Assembly: GCF_001598795.1 (NCBI RefSeq)
Contig: NZ_BCZP01000040.1
Span: 3,393 to 35,392, forward strand
Direction of reading: 5' to 3'
Source of the DNA: Delftia acidovorans NBRC 14950
GTDB lineage: Bacteria > Pseudomonadota > Gammaproteobacteria > Burkholderiales > Burkholderiaceae_C
DNA: 32,000 nucleotides
Shown: positions 21,101 to 28,300 of the stretch, one piece after another
Position numbering within the stretch: the first letter of the stretch is position 1
How the letters are laid out: each line of letters starts with the position of its first letter
Notes under the pieces: generated by a model
What the model saw: the letters and a program-made list of their open reading frames with translations, nothing else
Database searches by the model: none
What the model was told of the DNA's origin: nothing
Position numbers and translations under genes: made by a program

Positions 21101-22505
21101 GGCAGACCACCGCGACCGGGACCGCAGCCACCCGCCCTGTTGGCCCGGCAACCGCATCCTGCAGGACGACCAGCACCAGTACCGCCATGACAGAGCGGGC
21201 AACCTGCTGGAAAAAAGAGGCCCGCAGCAAACCCATCGCTACCAATGGGACCATGCCAATCGCCTCATAGGCCATGCCGTGCAAACGAACGATGCGGGCC
21301 ATGAGCACGAAGGATCCGCCCGCACGGATGAAGCGCCCACCAGCCAATACTTCTACGACGTCTTCGGCCGCCGCATCGCCCGACGAATCCCCCAAAGCGC
21401 CACCCCTGCTGCCAGCCACCCCACCGGTGCCGGTGTGGCAAAGGGTGACGACAACGCAACCCTGGTCTTCTACGGCTGGGACGGCGACCGGCTCACCCTC
21501 ACCCAATTGCCGGCCCAGAACCACCGGCCAATGCGGCGCATCCACACCCTGTACGAACCGGACAGCCACGTTCCCCTGCTGCGCGTGGAAACCGCAGGGC
21601 TGCCTCCGGAAGTCAACCTGGCCGACCTGTGGGAGCAAGACAGCGGCCACACCACCGATGCACAGCAGCGAAGCATGCTGGCCGAAGTGCAAAAGCAGAT
21701 CCTGGCGGGCCCCAGCCCCCAGATGCGCCAGACCCTGGCCGAATTCGGCCTGGACGCCGACGCGCTGCGGGAGAAACTCCTGCCGCCCGCCGCCGCCATC
21801 ACCCATATCCACCTCTACCACTGCGATCACCTCGGAACGCCCCTTGCCCTGATCGACCCGCTGGGAAAAATCGACTGGCATATCGAACTCGATCCCTGGG
21901 GCAACTGCATCAGGGAATACAACCCCAACCATCTCCACCAACCTATTCGGATGCAGGGACAGCATCTGGATGAGGAATCGGGGCTGTTCTACAACAGGCA
22001 TCGGTATTACGACCCGGCGTTGGGGAGGTATATCAGCCGTGATCCGATTGGGTTGATGGGGGGCATTAATTTTTATGAATATGCCAACACCAACCCTTGC
22101 AATGCATATGATCCATTGGGACTGCAAGCCGTAGCTGCGCAGTCCTGTGTATATACCCAATCCACCGGCAATCTCACATGTACAAGAGATGGTATTGAAA
22201 CAGTAAATAATAACGGATATGCCGGAGCGGGGCAGGGGAGAAACAATCCCGACATGCAAGATGTTTTAAATACTGGCCCATTGCCACGTGGAAACTATAC
22301 GATAGGAGAAGCATTTAGACACAGGACTGCCGGTATTGCTACAAGACGTCTGACGCCGGCACCCGAAAATGATATGCAAGGACGTGCAGGATTCCTTATT
22401 CATGGGGACAATGCAACAGGCACAGCCTCTGAGGGATGTATTGTAATGCCTCGCACGATAAGAGATAGTCTTAATGATGGTGACTCTCTGGAGGTAATTA
22501 GATGA
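18105..22505 (+). CDS. Rhs-family T6SS polymorphic toxin with PAAR-like N-terminus and variable C-terminal toxin tip
   Basis: 1466 aa, with AGGGAGG 7 nt upstream. The N-terminus MNKPAARQGDMTKKGGPVIQGSSTVFIGSSGGVACSACPGG...GNPVNPVLGAKVLTAEVDLALPGPLPLHLSRDYSS closely parallels the enterobacterial RhsA N-terminus as I remember it. There are many YD repeats (YTYDDQGRV, YRHDSAGRL, YGYNASGDL, and others). The core end reads HLYHCDHLGTPLAL...DPWGN...YNRHRYYDPALGRYISRDPIGL...NPCNAYDPLGL. Confidence 0.92.
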   Translation: MNKPAARQGDMTKKGGPVIQGSSTVFIGSSGGVACSACPGGRAEGNPVNPVLGAKVLTAEVDLALPGPLPLHLSRDYSSYQTPTPAPVGLLGPGWWMPGELGLQASREQLIVHDGKGRSICFDPLAPGEVAYSASEHLWLVRGGRERLLGEGHPQRVAHSYLALPLELRQGRDFILATSSALGPWWVLGPERGMAAGTEAAESTDPDTATSEDPPGLDKRHVLLGLVDRFGNQLRLFRHAKGEFKGLVNFIDDGAGRRYQLELQRCSPAQEAAHGWGADAGIRLVAVHLKRDPAFGRQPPPEPLVRYEYSPHGELQAVHGRDGRIMRRFLYDPRHPGRMVGHSHAGRPTSRYTYDDQGRVIEQHNPEGLDYRFDYSAHQEPGADPASPPQASTLVTDGLGRQRLYLFTGEGGLRRIACIIEADGSRHSYRHDSAGRLVEATDPLGRQTTYRLDTASGDVTRITDSAGRTTELQYNLHGQVTRSSTPAAGNESAVHQWRYDPLGLLQEHIDPLGHSTRYHYPEPASDVRPAGAEPSPLRHLPIAVTDAKGGRQELQWDARGLLLRRQDCSGRSTRQAHDAWGNLVAIYGEEGGKLSFTYDDAARLTASINALGEVTRYGYNASGDLERIEHPDGHLEQFALDAWGRTIGYRYGAQGSFFHQRYLRDKAGRLVELHNENASIHRLRYDSQDRVVEETGFDASPRHYQYNAAGQVTASSDALHRTLHHYDERNGRLLARSISALDTEGQDAAPIATEHFDYDSAGTLTGAHHVVHGGYRLGTLFERDLLGRTLAETQQMHGPLGELLWQHRSQRQLDEMGQVTQSTITGLPPLQWLHYGPGHLHGLLLSGRNVLELERDARHREIQRRCGATTVQRAYDSLSRLTTTRLIRDTTHLRGPGAANAQAAGETASGPVLSQLNRSHQYNALGQLCGTGTAQGPWAYAYDPAGRLVQAKGPGMDQRWQYDSAGNRLFAHQQSHHAARQWSDEVRQNLHDPDFNLLQADHRDRDRSHPPCWPGNRILQDDQHQYRHDRAGNLLEKRGPQQTHRYQWDHANRLIGHAVQTNDAGHEHEGSARTDEAPTSQYFYDVFGRRIARRIPQSATPAASHPTGAGVAKGDDNATLVFYGWDGDRLTLTQLPAQNHRPMRRIHTLYEPDSHVPLLRVETAGLPPEVNLADLWEQDSGHTTDAQQRSMLAEVQKQILAGPSPQMRQTLAEFGLDADALREKLLPPAAAITHIHLYHCDHLGTPLALIDPLGKIDWHIELDPWGNCIREYNPNHLHQPIRMQGQHLDEESGLFYNRHRYYDPALGRYISRDPIGLMGGINFYEYANTNPCNAYDPLGLQAVAAQSCVYTQSTGNLTCTRDGIETVNNNGYAGAGQGRNNPDMQDVLNTGPLPRGNYTIGEAFRHRTAGIATRRLTPAPENDMQGRAGFLIHGDNATGTASEGCIVMPRTIRDSLNDGDSLEVIR
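22125..22502 (+). other. Rhs C-terminal toxin tip (126 aa after the DPLGL boundary), candidate DUF2778/Tlde1-like YkuD-fold peptidoglycan-targeting domain
   Basis: The DPLGL motif is encoded at 22110-22124. The tip reads QAVAAQSCVYTQSTGNLTCTRDGIETVNNNGYAGAGQGRNNPDMQDVLNTGPLPRGNYTIGEAF...GRAGFLIHGDNATGTASEGCIVMPRTIRDSL. The GYxGxGxGxNNP, GP[IL]PxGxYxIG and FLIHGD...GTASxGCI pattern matches my recollection of DUF2778/Tlde1. The His...SxGC arrangement recalls the L,D-transpeptidase active site. Confidence 0.55.
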
Positions 22506-22999
22506 GGTTTTCGAAAAATTTTCTGATTTTAACTACACTTGTCCTACCCTCCATAGCAATGAGTGATGTGGCATGCCTCAAGGAAATACAGACTTCAAAG
22601 AAGCAACCTTCTAACAACGAGGTGAGCACGGCTGCATGGAATTGTCTGGATTCGCTTACAGAAAATATAATATCTGGCGATATTAACGCAATTGATGATG
22701 GCGTTAAATTATTGCACCACACAGATGCTGGATATACATCCACGATAAAAATATCGTTAGGACTTGCTTTAAAAAAGGAGCCCGAACATGTGATGATTAA
22801 TCTAAAAGAAAATCATTCATTATTAATATATGTATGTAGTTTAAATTTTATTGAACCAGAAATTAATTTCGTTAAAGAATATTATCAATCAACGAGAGAA
22901 AAATTAGAAAATATAAAGAGCAGGTATTTAGTTAAAGAAAAGGATCTATGCATCAAAAATATGAACCGTTCTTACAAATTATTTTTCATGGAGAATTAA
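22502..22999 (+). CDS. Putative periplasmic immunity protein for the Rhs tip (hypothetical, Sec signal peptide)
   Basis: 165 aa. Its ATG overlaps the Rhs stop (ATGA). The N-terminus MRFSKNFLILTTLVLPSIAMS has a basic n-region, a hydrophobic core and a small-residue cleavage site. Four Cys residues are consistent with periplasmic disulfides. The gene is extremely AT-rich like the toxin tip. I recognise no family. Confidence 0.6.
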   Translation: MRFSKNFLILTTLVLPSIAMSDVACLKEIQTSKKQPSNNEVSTAAWNCLDSLTENIISGDINAIDDGVKLLHHTDAGYTSTIKISLGLALKKEPEHVMINLKENHSLLIYVCSLNFIEPEINFVKEYYQSTREKLENIKSRYLVKEKDLCIKNMNRSYKLFFMEN

Positions 23000-23249
23000 T
23001 TTTTATTGAATTGAGAATTTCAACCATTTGACATAAAATATTACACCCTATACCAAATCAATAGAACAACCTAACTTATCAAATAAAACGATATCTCAAA
23101 TGAATATAGAAAAATTTCAGAAGATATAAACATATTCAATCTCGCCGCCAATATCCATTGACAAGTCAATATTGCATTTAGCGCGTGTTGTGCACTTTGA
23201 AGTACCCGCATTGGCTTTGTACGCTGGTTATCGCAAGGCACAGTGCGCA

Positions 23250-23269
23250 GCCAAGGCTGGTGCCTTGGC
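23250..23269. terminator. GC-rich hairpin between the convergent immunity and sigma-factor genes (possible terminator)
   Basis: GCCAAGGC-TGGT-GCCTTGGC is a perfect 8-bp stem, 30 nt past the ECF sigma stop. There is no clear U-tract on either strand. Confidence 0.2.
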
Positions 23270-23299
23270 AGTCATTGCAACGCTGTGAGCGCCTACCGG

Positions 23300-23824
23300 T
23301 CAATTCAAGTCCAGCAGCGAGCGGTGGACATGGATGGCCTTGCAGGCGTCGGCAATCCTGGCGTTCACCAGGCCCAGCGCACACTCCATGTGCTCGGCGA
23401 TCTGGCGCTGGGTGAGGCCCTTGATGCGGTACAGCTCGAAGGTCTCGCGGGTCTTGGGCGGCACCTCGTCCAGGGCCTGGTCGATCAGGCGTATGGCCTG
23501 GGACTCGAACAAAAGGCGCTCGGGCGAGCGGCTGTCCGGTATCTCCAGCGTCTCCACATCCACGCCGTGGGTGCGGTAGCTGTTCTCGCGCTCCTGGCGG
23601 CGCAGGTAGTCCAGCGCCATGTTGCAGACGGCGCGCGTCCAGTAGGCGGCGGGCCTGGCGATCTCGGCATCGCTGCGCATCTCGGCAACGCGCAGATAGG
23701 TGTCCTGCACGGCGTCGTCGGCCAGTTCGGGATTCCTGAGAATTCTTCGCGCGACCCTCACCAACTGTCCACGCGAAGCAATGAAAACCTCTTCCAGCGA
23801 AGAATGTGTGTGATTCAAGGACAC
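23300..23824 (-). CDS. ECF (group IV) sigma-70 factor, FecI/PvdS-like
   Basis: 174 aa with an apparent GTG start. Region 2: ADDAVQDTYLRVAEM...YWTRAVCNMALDYLRRQ. Region 4 helix-turn-helix: ETFELYRIKGLTQRQIAEHMECALGLVNARIADA. Confidence 0.85.
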   Translation of the reverse strand: MSLNHTHSSLEEVFIASRGQLVRVARRILRNPELADDAVQDTYLRVAEMRSDAEIARPAAYWTRAVCNMALDYLRRQERENSYRTHGVDVETLEIPDSRSPERLLFESQAIRLIDQALDEVPPKTRETFELYRIKGLTQRQIAEHMECALGLVNARIADACKAIHVHRSLLDLN

Positions 23825-24026
23825 GATGCAGTTCCTCTCGCAAGCTAGGCAAGAACGTCAAGGGGAAATGTCGACCGCAGGTCGATGGACTGCCGGCGCG
23901 CCGCCCGTTCAAAAAGACGGGAACGGGGCTCGGCACAGGCGGAAAGCGGCGGCACGACCGCTGACCGCAGGGCATCAGTGCACGCCGATGCGCATCGGCG
24001 TGACTTGGGGAATCGGGCCTTAGATC

Positions 24027-24070
24027 GGCCTCATACCGGCTTCATGGCGGCCTCATACCGGCTTCATGGC
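24027..24070. repeat. Exact tandem duplication of a 22-bp unit (ggcctcataccggcttcatggc x2)
   Basis: Read directly: 24027-24048 is identical to 24049-24070. It lies in apparently non-coding DNA. Confidence 0.9.
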
Positions 24071-24492
24071 GGCGGCCGACCTCGCCGGGCCCATGCGTCC
24101 TGGAACAGGATCGGCAAGGGCTGTGCGGCCTTGCAGACGTGCTGAAACTTGAACCGGGACCAAGGCATGTAGTGGTGCTCCTTTAACGTTTTCCAGAACA
24201 TGAAATGAGAAGCATTAACAGCTCCGGCGACAAAACCGGGTCTGGATCGGCATCTCGTACCTGTCTGGAAGACGTCCCGCCAAGGCAAACGAAGACACGG
24301 CTATCGGCATTGGAAAATCGGCAGCCGATGCCTATGGATTCCCGTCTCCCATGGCTTTCCCTCGCCATGGATGATGGGCCTGGATCATGACGGACTGGTG
24401 ATGCCCCAAGCGCAGCGCGGGGGCACCGAAGGGCTGGGTGCGCAGGCAGGAAAAGCGAACGGAGCGCGGCCTGCTGCTGCAACCTGCAGACG

Positions 24493-24515
24493 AAAAAAAG
24501 CCACCTTGCGGTGGC
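24493..24515 (-). terminator. Rho-independent terminator downstream of tRNA-Asp
   Basis: The minus strand reads GCCACC-GCAA-GGTGGC followed by TTTTTTT. A second hairpin (TGCAAAC-loop-GTTTGCA, 24526-24544) lies between it and the tRNA. Confidence 0.75.
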
Positions 24516-24557
24516 TTCTTGTCTGTGCAAACGCTGGGTTTGCACAAGGAATCTGGC
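24494..24557. repeat. Direct repeat copy 1 (64 bp: tRNA-Asp 3' end plus downstream hairpins and terminator)
   Basis: Identical to 31937-32000 except one a/g difference (24530 versus 31973). The offset is 7443 bp. Confidence 0.95.
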
Positions 24558-24630
24558 GGAGTGGACGGGACTCGAACCCGCGACCCCCGGCGTGACAGGC
24601 CGGTATTCTAACCAACTGAACTACCACTCC
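24554..24630 (-). tRNA. tRNA-Asp (anticodon GUC)
   Basis: The reverse complement is GGAGTGGTAGTTCAGTTGGTTAGAATACCGGCCTGTCACGCCGGGGGTCGCGGGTTCGAGTCCCGTCCACTCCGCCA. It folds as a cloverleaf with anticodon loop CTGTCAC, a GTTCGAGTC T-loop and an encoded CCA. Confidence 0.95.
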
Positions 24631-24674
24631 TGGCAGACAGCTTTTGCGCTCTTTCGAGCCAAGTGCTGCAAACT

Positions 24675-24750
24675 TGGCGACCCTACGGGGATTCGAACCC
24701 CGGTACTCACCGTGAAAGGGTGATGTCCTAGGCCTCTAGACGATAGGGTC
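24675..24750 (-). tRNA. tRNA-Glu (anticodon UUC)
   Basis: The reverse complement is GACCCTATCGTCTAGAGGCCTAGGACATCACCCTTTCACGGTGAGTACCGGGGTTCGAATCCCCGTAGGGTCGCCA. The anticodon loop is CTTTCAC. Confidence 0.95.
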
Positions 24751-24788
24751 AATCCTAGAACTTGCGTAAATACTCAAGTCTCAATTTT

Positions 24789-24864
<76 letters not shown>

Positions 24865-24990
24865 TTGCTGCAACGTTGCACTGCTTCGTTGCTGCGATTC
24901 AAAAATTGTAGCACAGCGTTTTTGGGGCAATTCCGGAATGCATGACTTTTTTATGTCGCCCTGCATTCCGGCGCCCTGCTCAAGCCCGGG

Positions 24991-25326
24991 TCAGGCCAGG
25001 CTTTGCCCATCGCGTATGCGGTGGATCTCGGCGATGTCCACCACCCAGACCAGGCCGTCGCCGACCTGGCCCGAATGGCAGGCCGTGGTGATGGCCGCAC
25101 GGATAGGCTCGACCATGGAGGCCTCGGCCAGCACGCAGACCATGATCTTGTCGGAGAAGTCGGTCAACTCCTCCTTCACGCTGCGCTTGTCGATGGCGGC
25201 CGGGGCCGTGAAGCCCTCGGCGCGGAACAGCGTCACGCCGGGGAAGTTGGGAATGGCGCGCAGCGCGTCGCGCAGGCGCTCCAGGCGGCTGGGGCGCACG
25301 ATGGCCCGGATTTCCTTCATGGTCAT
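24991..25326 (-). CDS. PII (GlnB)-like signal-transduction protein encoded at the end of a metal-efflux operon
   Basis: This is the real part of track ORF 24991..25368. It starts MTMKEIRAIVRP (ATG 25324-25326, GAAGGAGA 7 nt upstream) and lies 16 nt after the pump stop. It aligns by eye to GlnB: KEIRAIVRPSRLERLRDAL versus KIEAIIKPFKLDDVREAL, and GQVGDGLVWVVDIAEIHRIRDGQ versus GKIGDGKIFVFDVARVIRIRTGE. Confidence 0.8.
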   Translation of the reverse strand: MTMKEIRAIVRPSRLERLRDALRAIPNFPGVTLFRAEGFTAPAAIDKRSVKEELTDFSDKIMVCVLAEASMVEPIRAAITTACHSGQVGDGLVWVVDIAEIHRIRDGQSLA

Positions 25327-25342
25327 TGCAGTGTCTCCTTCA

Positions 25343-28300
25343 TCAGGCTTCCAGCGGTTTTTCGTCAAACCAGCGGTACAGGGTCGGCAACACCACCAGC
25401 GTGAGCAGGGTGGACGAGATCAGGCCACCGATCACGACGATGGCCAGCGGGCGTTGCACCTCCGAGCCGGGGCCGGTGGCGAACAGGAAGGGCACCAGGC
25501 CCAGCAGCGCGACGGTGGCCGTCATCATCACGGGGCGGAAGCGCTGCACGCAGCCTTCGCGCACGGCCTCGGCCACGTTCATTCCATCCTCGCGCAGCTT
25601 GCGGATGCAGCTGACCAGCACCACGCCGTTGAGCACCGCAATGCCCCACAGCGCGATGAAGCCCACCGATGCCGGCACGCTCACGTATTCGCCCGTGACG
25701 AACAGGCCTATCAGTCCCCCGATGGAGGCGAAAGGCAGCACCAGGATGATCAGCCCGGCCAGCTTGACCGAATTGAACAGCACGAACAGCAGGAAGAAGA
25801 TGGCCACGATGGTCAGCGGCACGATCACCTGCAGCGTGCCCATGGCGCGCTCCATGTTCTCGAACTGGCCGCCGTACTTGAAGTAGTAGCCGTCGGGCAG
25901 TTGCACTTCCTTGTCGATGCGCTGCTGCACTTCGGTCACGAAGCCGCCCAGGTCGCGCCCTTCCACGTTGGCGCCCACGACCACGCGCCGCTTGCCGCCT
26001 TCGCGGCTGATCTGCGCGGGTCCGTCCACCAGTTCGATGCGGGCCACGCTGTTGAGCGGAACCTGCGCGCCGGTGCTGGTGGTCAGCAAGGTGGCGCCGA
26101 CAGCCTGGGGCGAGCCACGGAAGGGCTCGGGGAAGCGCACGACCACGTTGTAGCGGCGCTCGCCCTCGTAGACCGTGGTCACGTCCTTGCCGCCGATGGC
26201 CGACTCGATCACGCCCTGCACGTCGGTGACGTTCAGGCCGTGGCGGGCAATGGCCTTGCGGTCGATATCCACCGTGAGCGCCTGCTGGCCCGACAGCCGC
26301 TCGACACGGATGTCGGTGCTGCCCGGCACGCTCTTGAGGATGCGGGCCACCTGTTCGGAGACATCGCGCAGATCGTCCAGCTCGTCGCCGAAGACCTTGA
26401 TGGCCAGTTGCGAGCGCACGCCCGTGACCATTTCATCCACGCGCTCGGAAATCGGCTGGGACAGCACGATCTGCACGCCCGGAATCGAGGACAGGCGCTG
26501 GCGGATGTCTTCGTCGATCTCGTCCTGGGTGCGGTTGGACTCGGGGTCCAGCAGCACGATGGGATCGGACTCATTGGGGCCTGCGGGATCGGCCGGCGAT
26601 TCACCGCGTCCGAGCTTGGAGACCACGCTGAGCACGCCGGGCACCTCGGCCACGGCCTTCATCGCCGCCATTTCCATGCGGATGGACTCGTCCAGCGAGA
26701 TGCTGGGCACGCGGTTGATCTGCGGCGTAAGCGCGCCCTCCTTCATGGTGGGCATGAAGGACTTGCCCAGCAGCGGGAACAGTCCCAGCGAGCCCAGCAG
26801 CAGCGCCACGGCCACGGCCAGCGTGGCGCGGTTGCGCGCGGTGGCCAGGTCCAGCAGGCGCAGGTAGTGGCGCTTGAGGAAGGCGATCAGGCGCGTGTCA
26901 TGGTCCGCGCCGCCCTTGAGGAAGTACGAGCACAGCACGGGCGACAGGAACAGCGACACGGCCAGCGAGACCGCCAGCGAGATCGCGATGGTCAGTGCCA
27001 GCGGGCCGAACATCTTGCCCTCGATGCCCTGCAGCGTCATCAGCGGCAGGAACACCAGGATGATGATGGCGATGCCGAAGATGGTGGGCGTGGCCACCTC
27101 GGTGGTGGCCGAGAGCACGGTGCGCACGCGTGCGCCCATGCTGTCGCCGGCCTGGCCGAGCTTGTGGAACACGTTCTCCACCACCACCACGGTGGCATCG
27201 ACCATGAGGCCGATGGCGATCGCCAGCCCTCCCAGCGACATGAGGTTGGCCGAGATGCCCCAGCGGTTCATCATGATGAAGGTGGTCAGCGGCGTGATGA
27301 TCAGCGTGGCCACCACGATCAGGCTGGAGCGCACGTCACCCAGGAAGATGAAGAGCACCACGACCACGAGCAGGATGCCCTCGATCAGCACCTTGCCCAC
27401 GGTCCACAGCGCCGAGTCGACCAGGTCGGTACGGTCGTAGTAGGGAACGATCTGCAGGCCGCCGGGGAGCATGCCCTTGGAGTTGATCTCCTGCACGCGC
27501 TCCTTCACGCGGGTGACGACTTCCTTGGCATTGCCGCCGCGCATCATCAGCACGATGCCGGAGACGCCTTCGGTATAGCCGCCCTTGATGATGGCGCCCT
27601 GGCGCACTTCCTGGCCCAGCTGGACCTCGGCCACATCGCGCACGAAGACCGGCACGCCGCCATCCTGCTTGAGGACGATGTTGCCGATGTCCTCCAGCGA
27701 CTGGATCAGGCCCACGGCGCGGATCAGGTACTGCTCGGTCACCTGGGGCAGGATGCCGCCGCTGGCGTTGGCGTTGTTGTCGGCGATGGCCTGGACCACA
27801 TGGCGCACGGACAGGCCGTAGTGGCGCAGCCGGCCGGGGTCGACCTCCACCTGGTACTGCTTGACGTAGCCGCCCTGCGAGTTGATTTCGGCCACGCCGG
27901 GAATGGAGCGCAGCAGCGGGCGCGCCACCCAGTCCTGGATGGTGCGGCGCTCGGTCAGCTCCTCGGGCGTGAGGGCCCGCTTGCCGTCGTCGGGATGGTC
28001 CAGCGTGTACTGGTAGACCTCGCCCAGGCCCGTGGACACCGGCCCCAGCACGGGGATGATGCCTTCGGGCATGCGCGGCGTGACCTCCATCAGCCGCTCG
28101 GTGACGAGCTGGCGCGCAAAGTACACGTCGGTGGTATCGGTGAAGACCAGGGTGATGATGGACAGGCCGCTCTTGTTGAGCGAGCGCATCTCCACCAGGC
28201 CCGGCATGCCGGTCATGGCGATTTCCAGCGGCACGGTCACGAAGCGCTCGATTTCCTCGGGCGAGCGGCCTGGCGCCTCGGTAGCCACCTGGACCTGGAC

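Noticed and set aside
15879-22259. Long minus-strand ORFs (15879..17957, 18012..20780, 20829..22259)
   Set aside because: These are antisense shadows of vgrG and rhs. The translations are low-complexity and the plus strand carries unmistakable VgrG and YD-repeat sequence.
23000-23175. AT-rich tail after the immunity gene as a possible orphan toxin/immunity remnant or small gene
   Set aside because: It is only about 175 bp. The longest reading frame I could see is about 9 codons (MNIEKFQKI). Nothing is recognisable except a 6-2-6 palindrome ATTGAC-AA-GTCAAT (23157-23170).
23178-23975. 265-aa minus-strand ORF overlapping the ECF sigma gene
   Set aside because: It is in a different frame from the sigma factor, which has clear region 2 and region 4 motifs. 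Its translation is Arg/Pro/Gly-rich junk that extends into the AT-rich tail.
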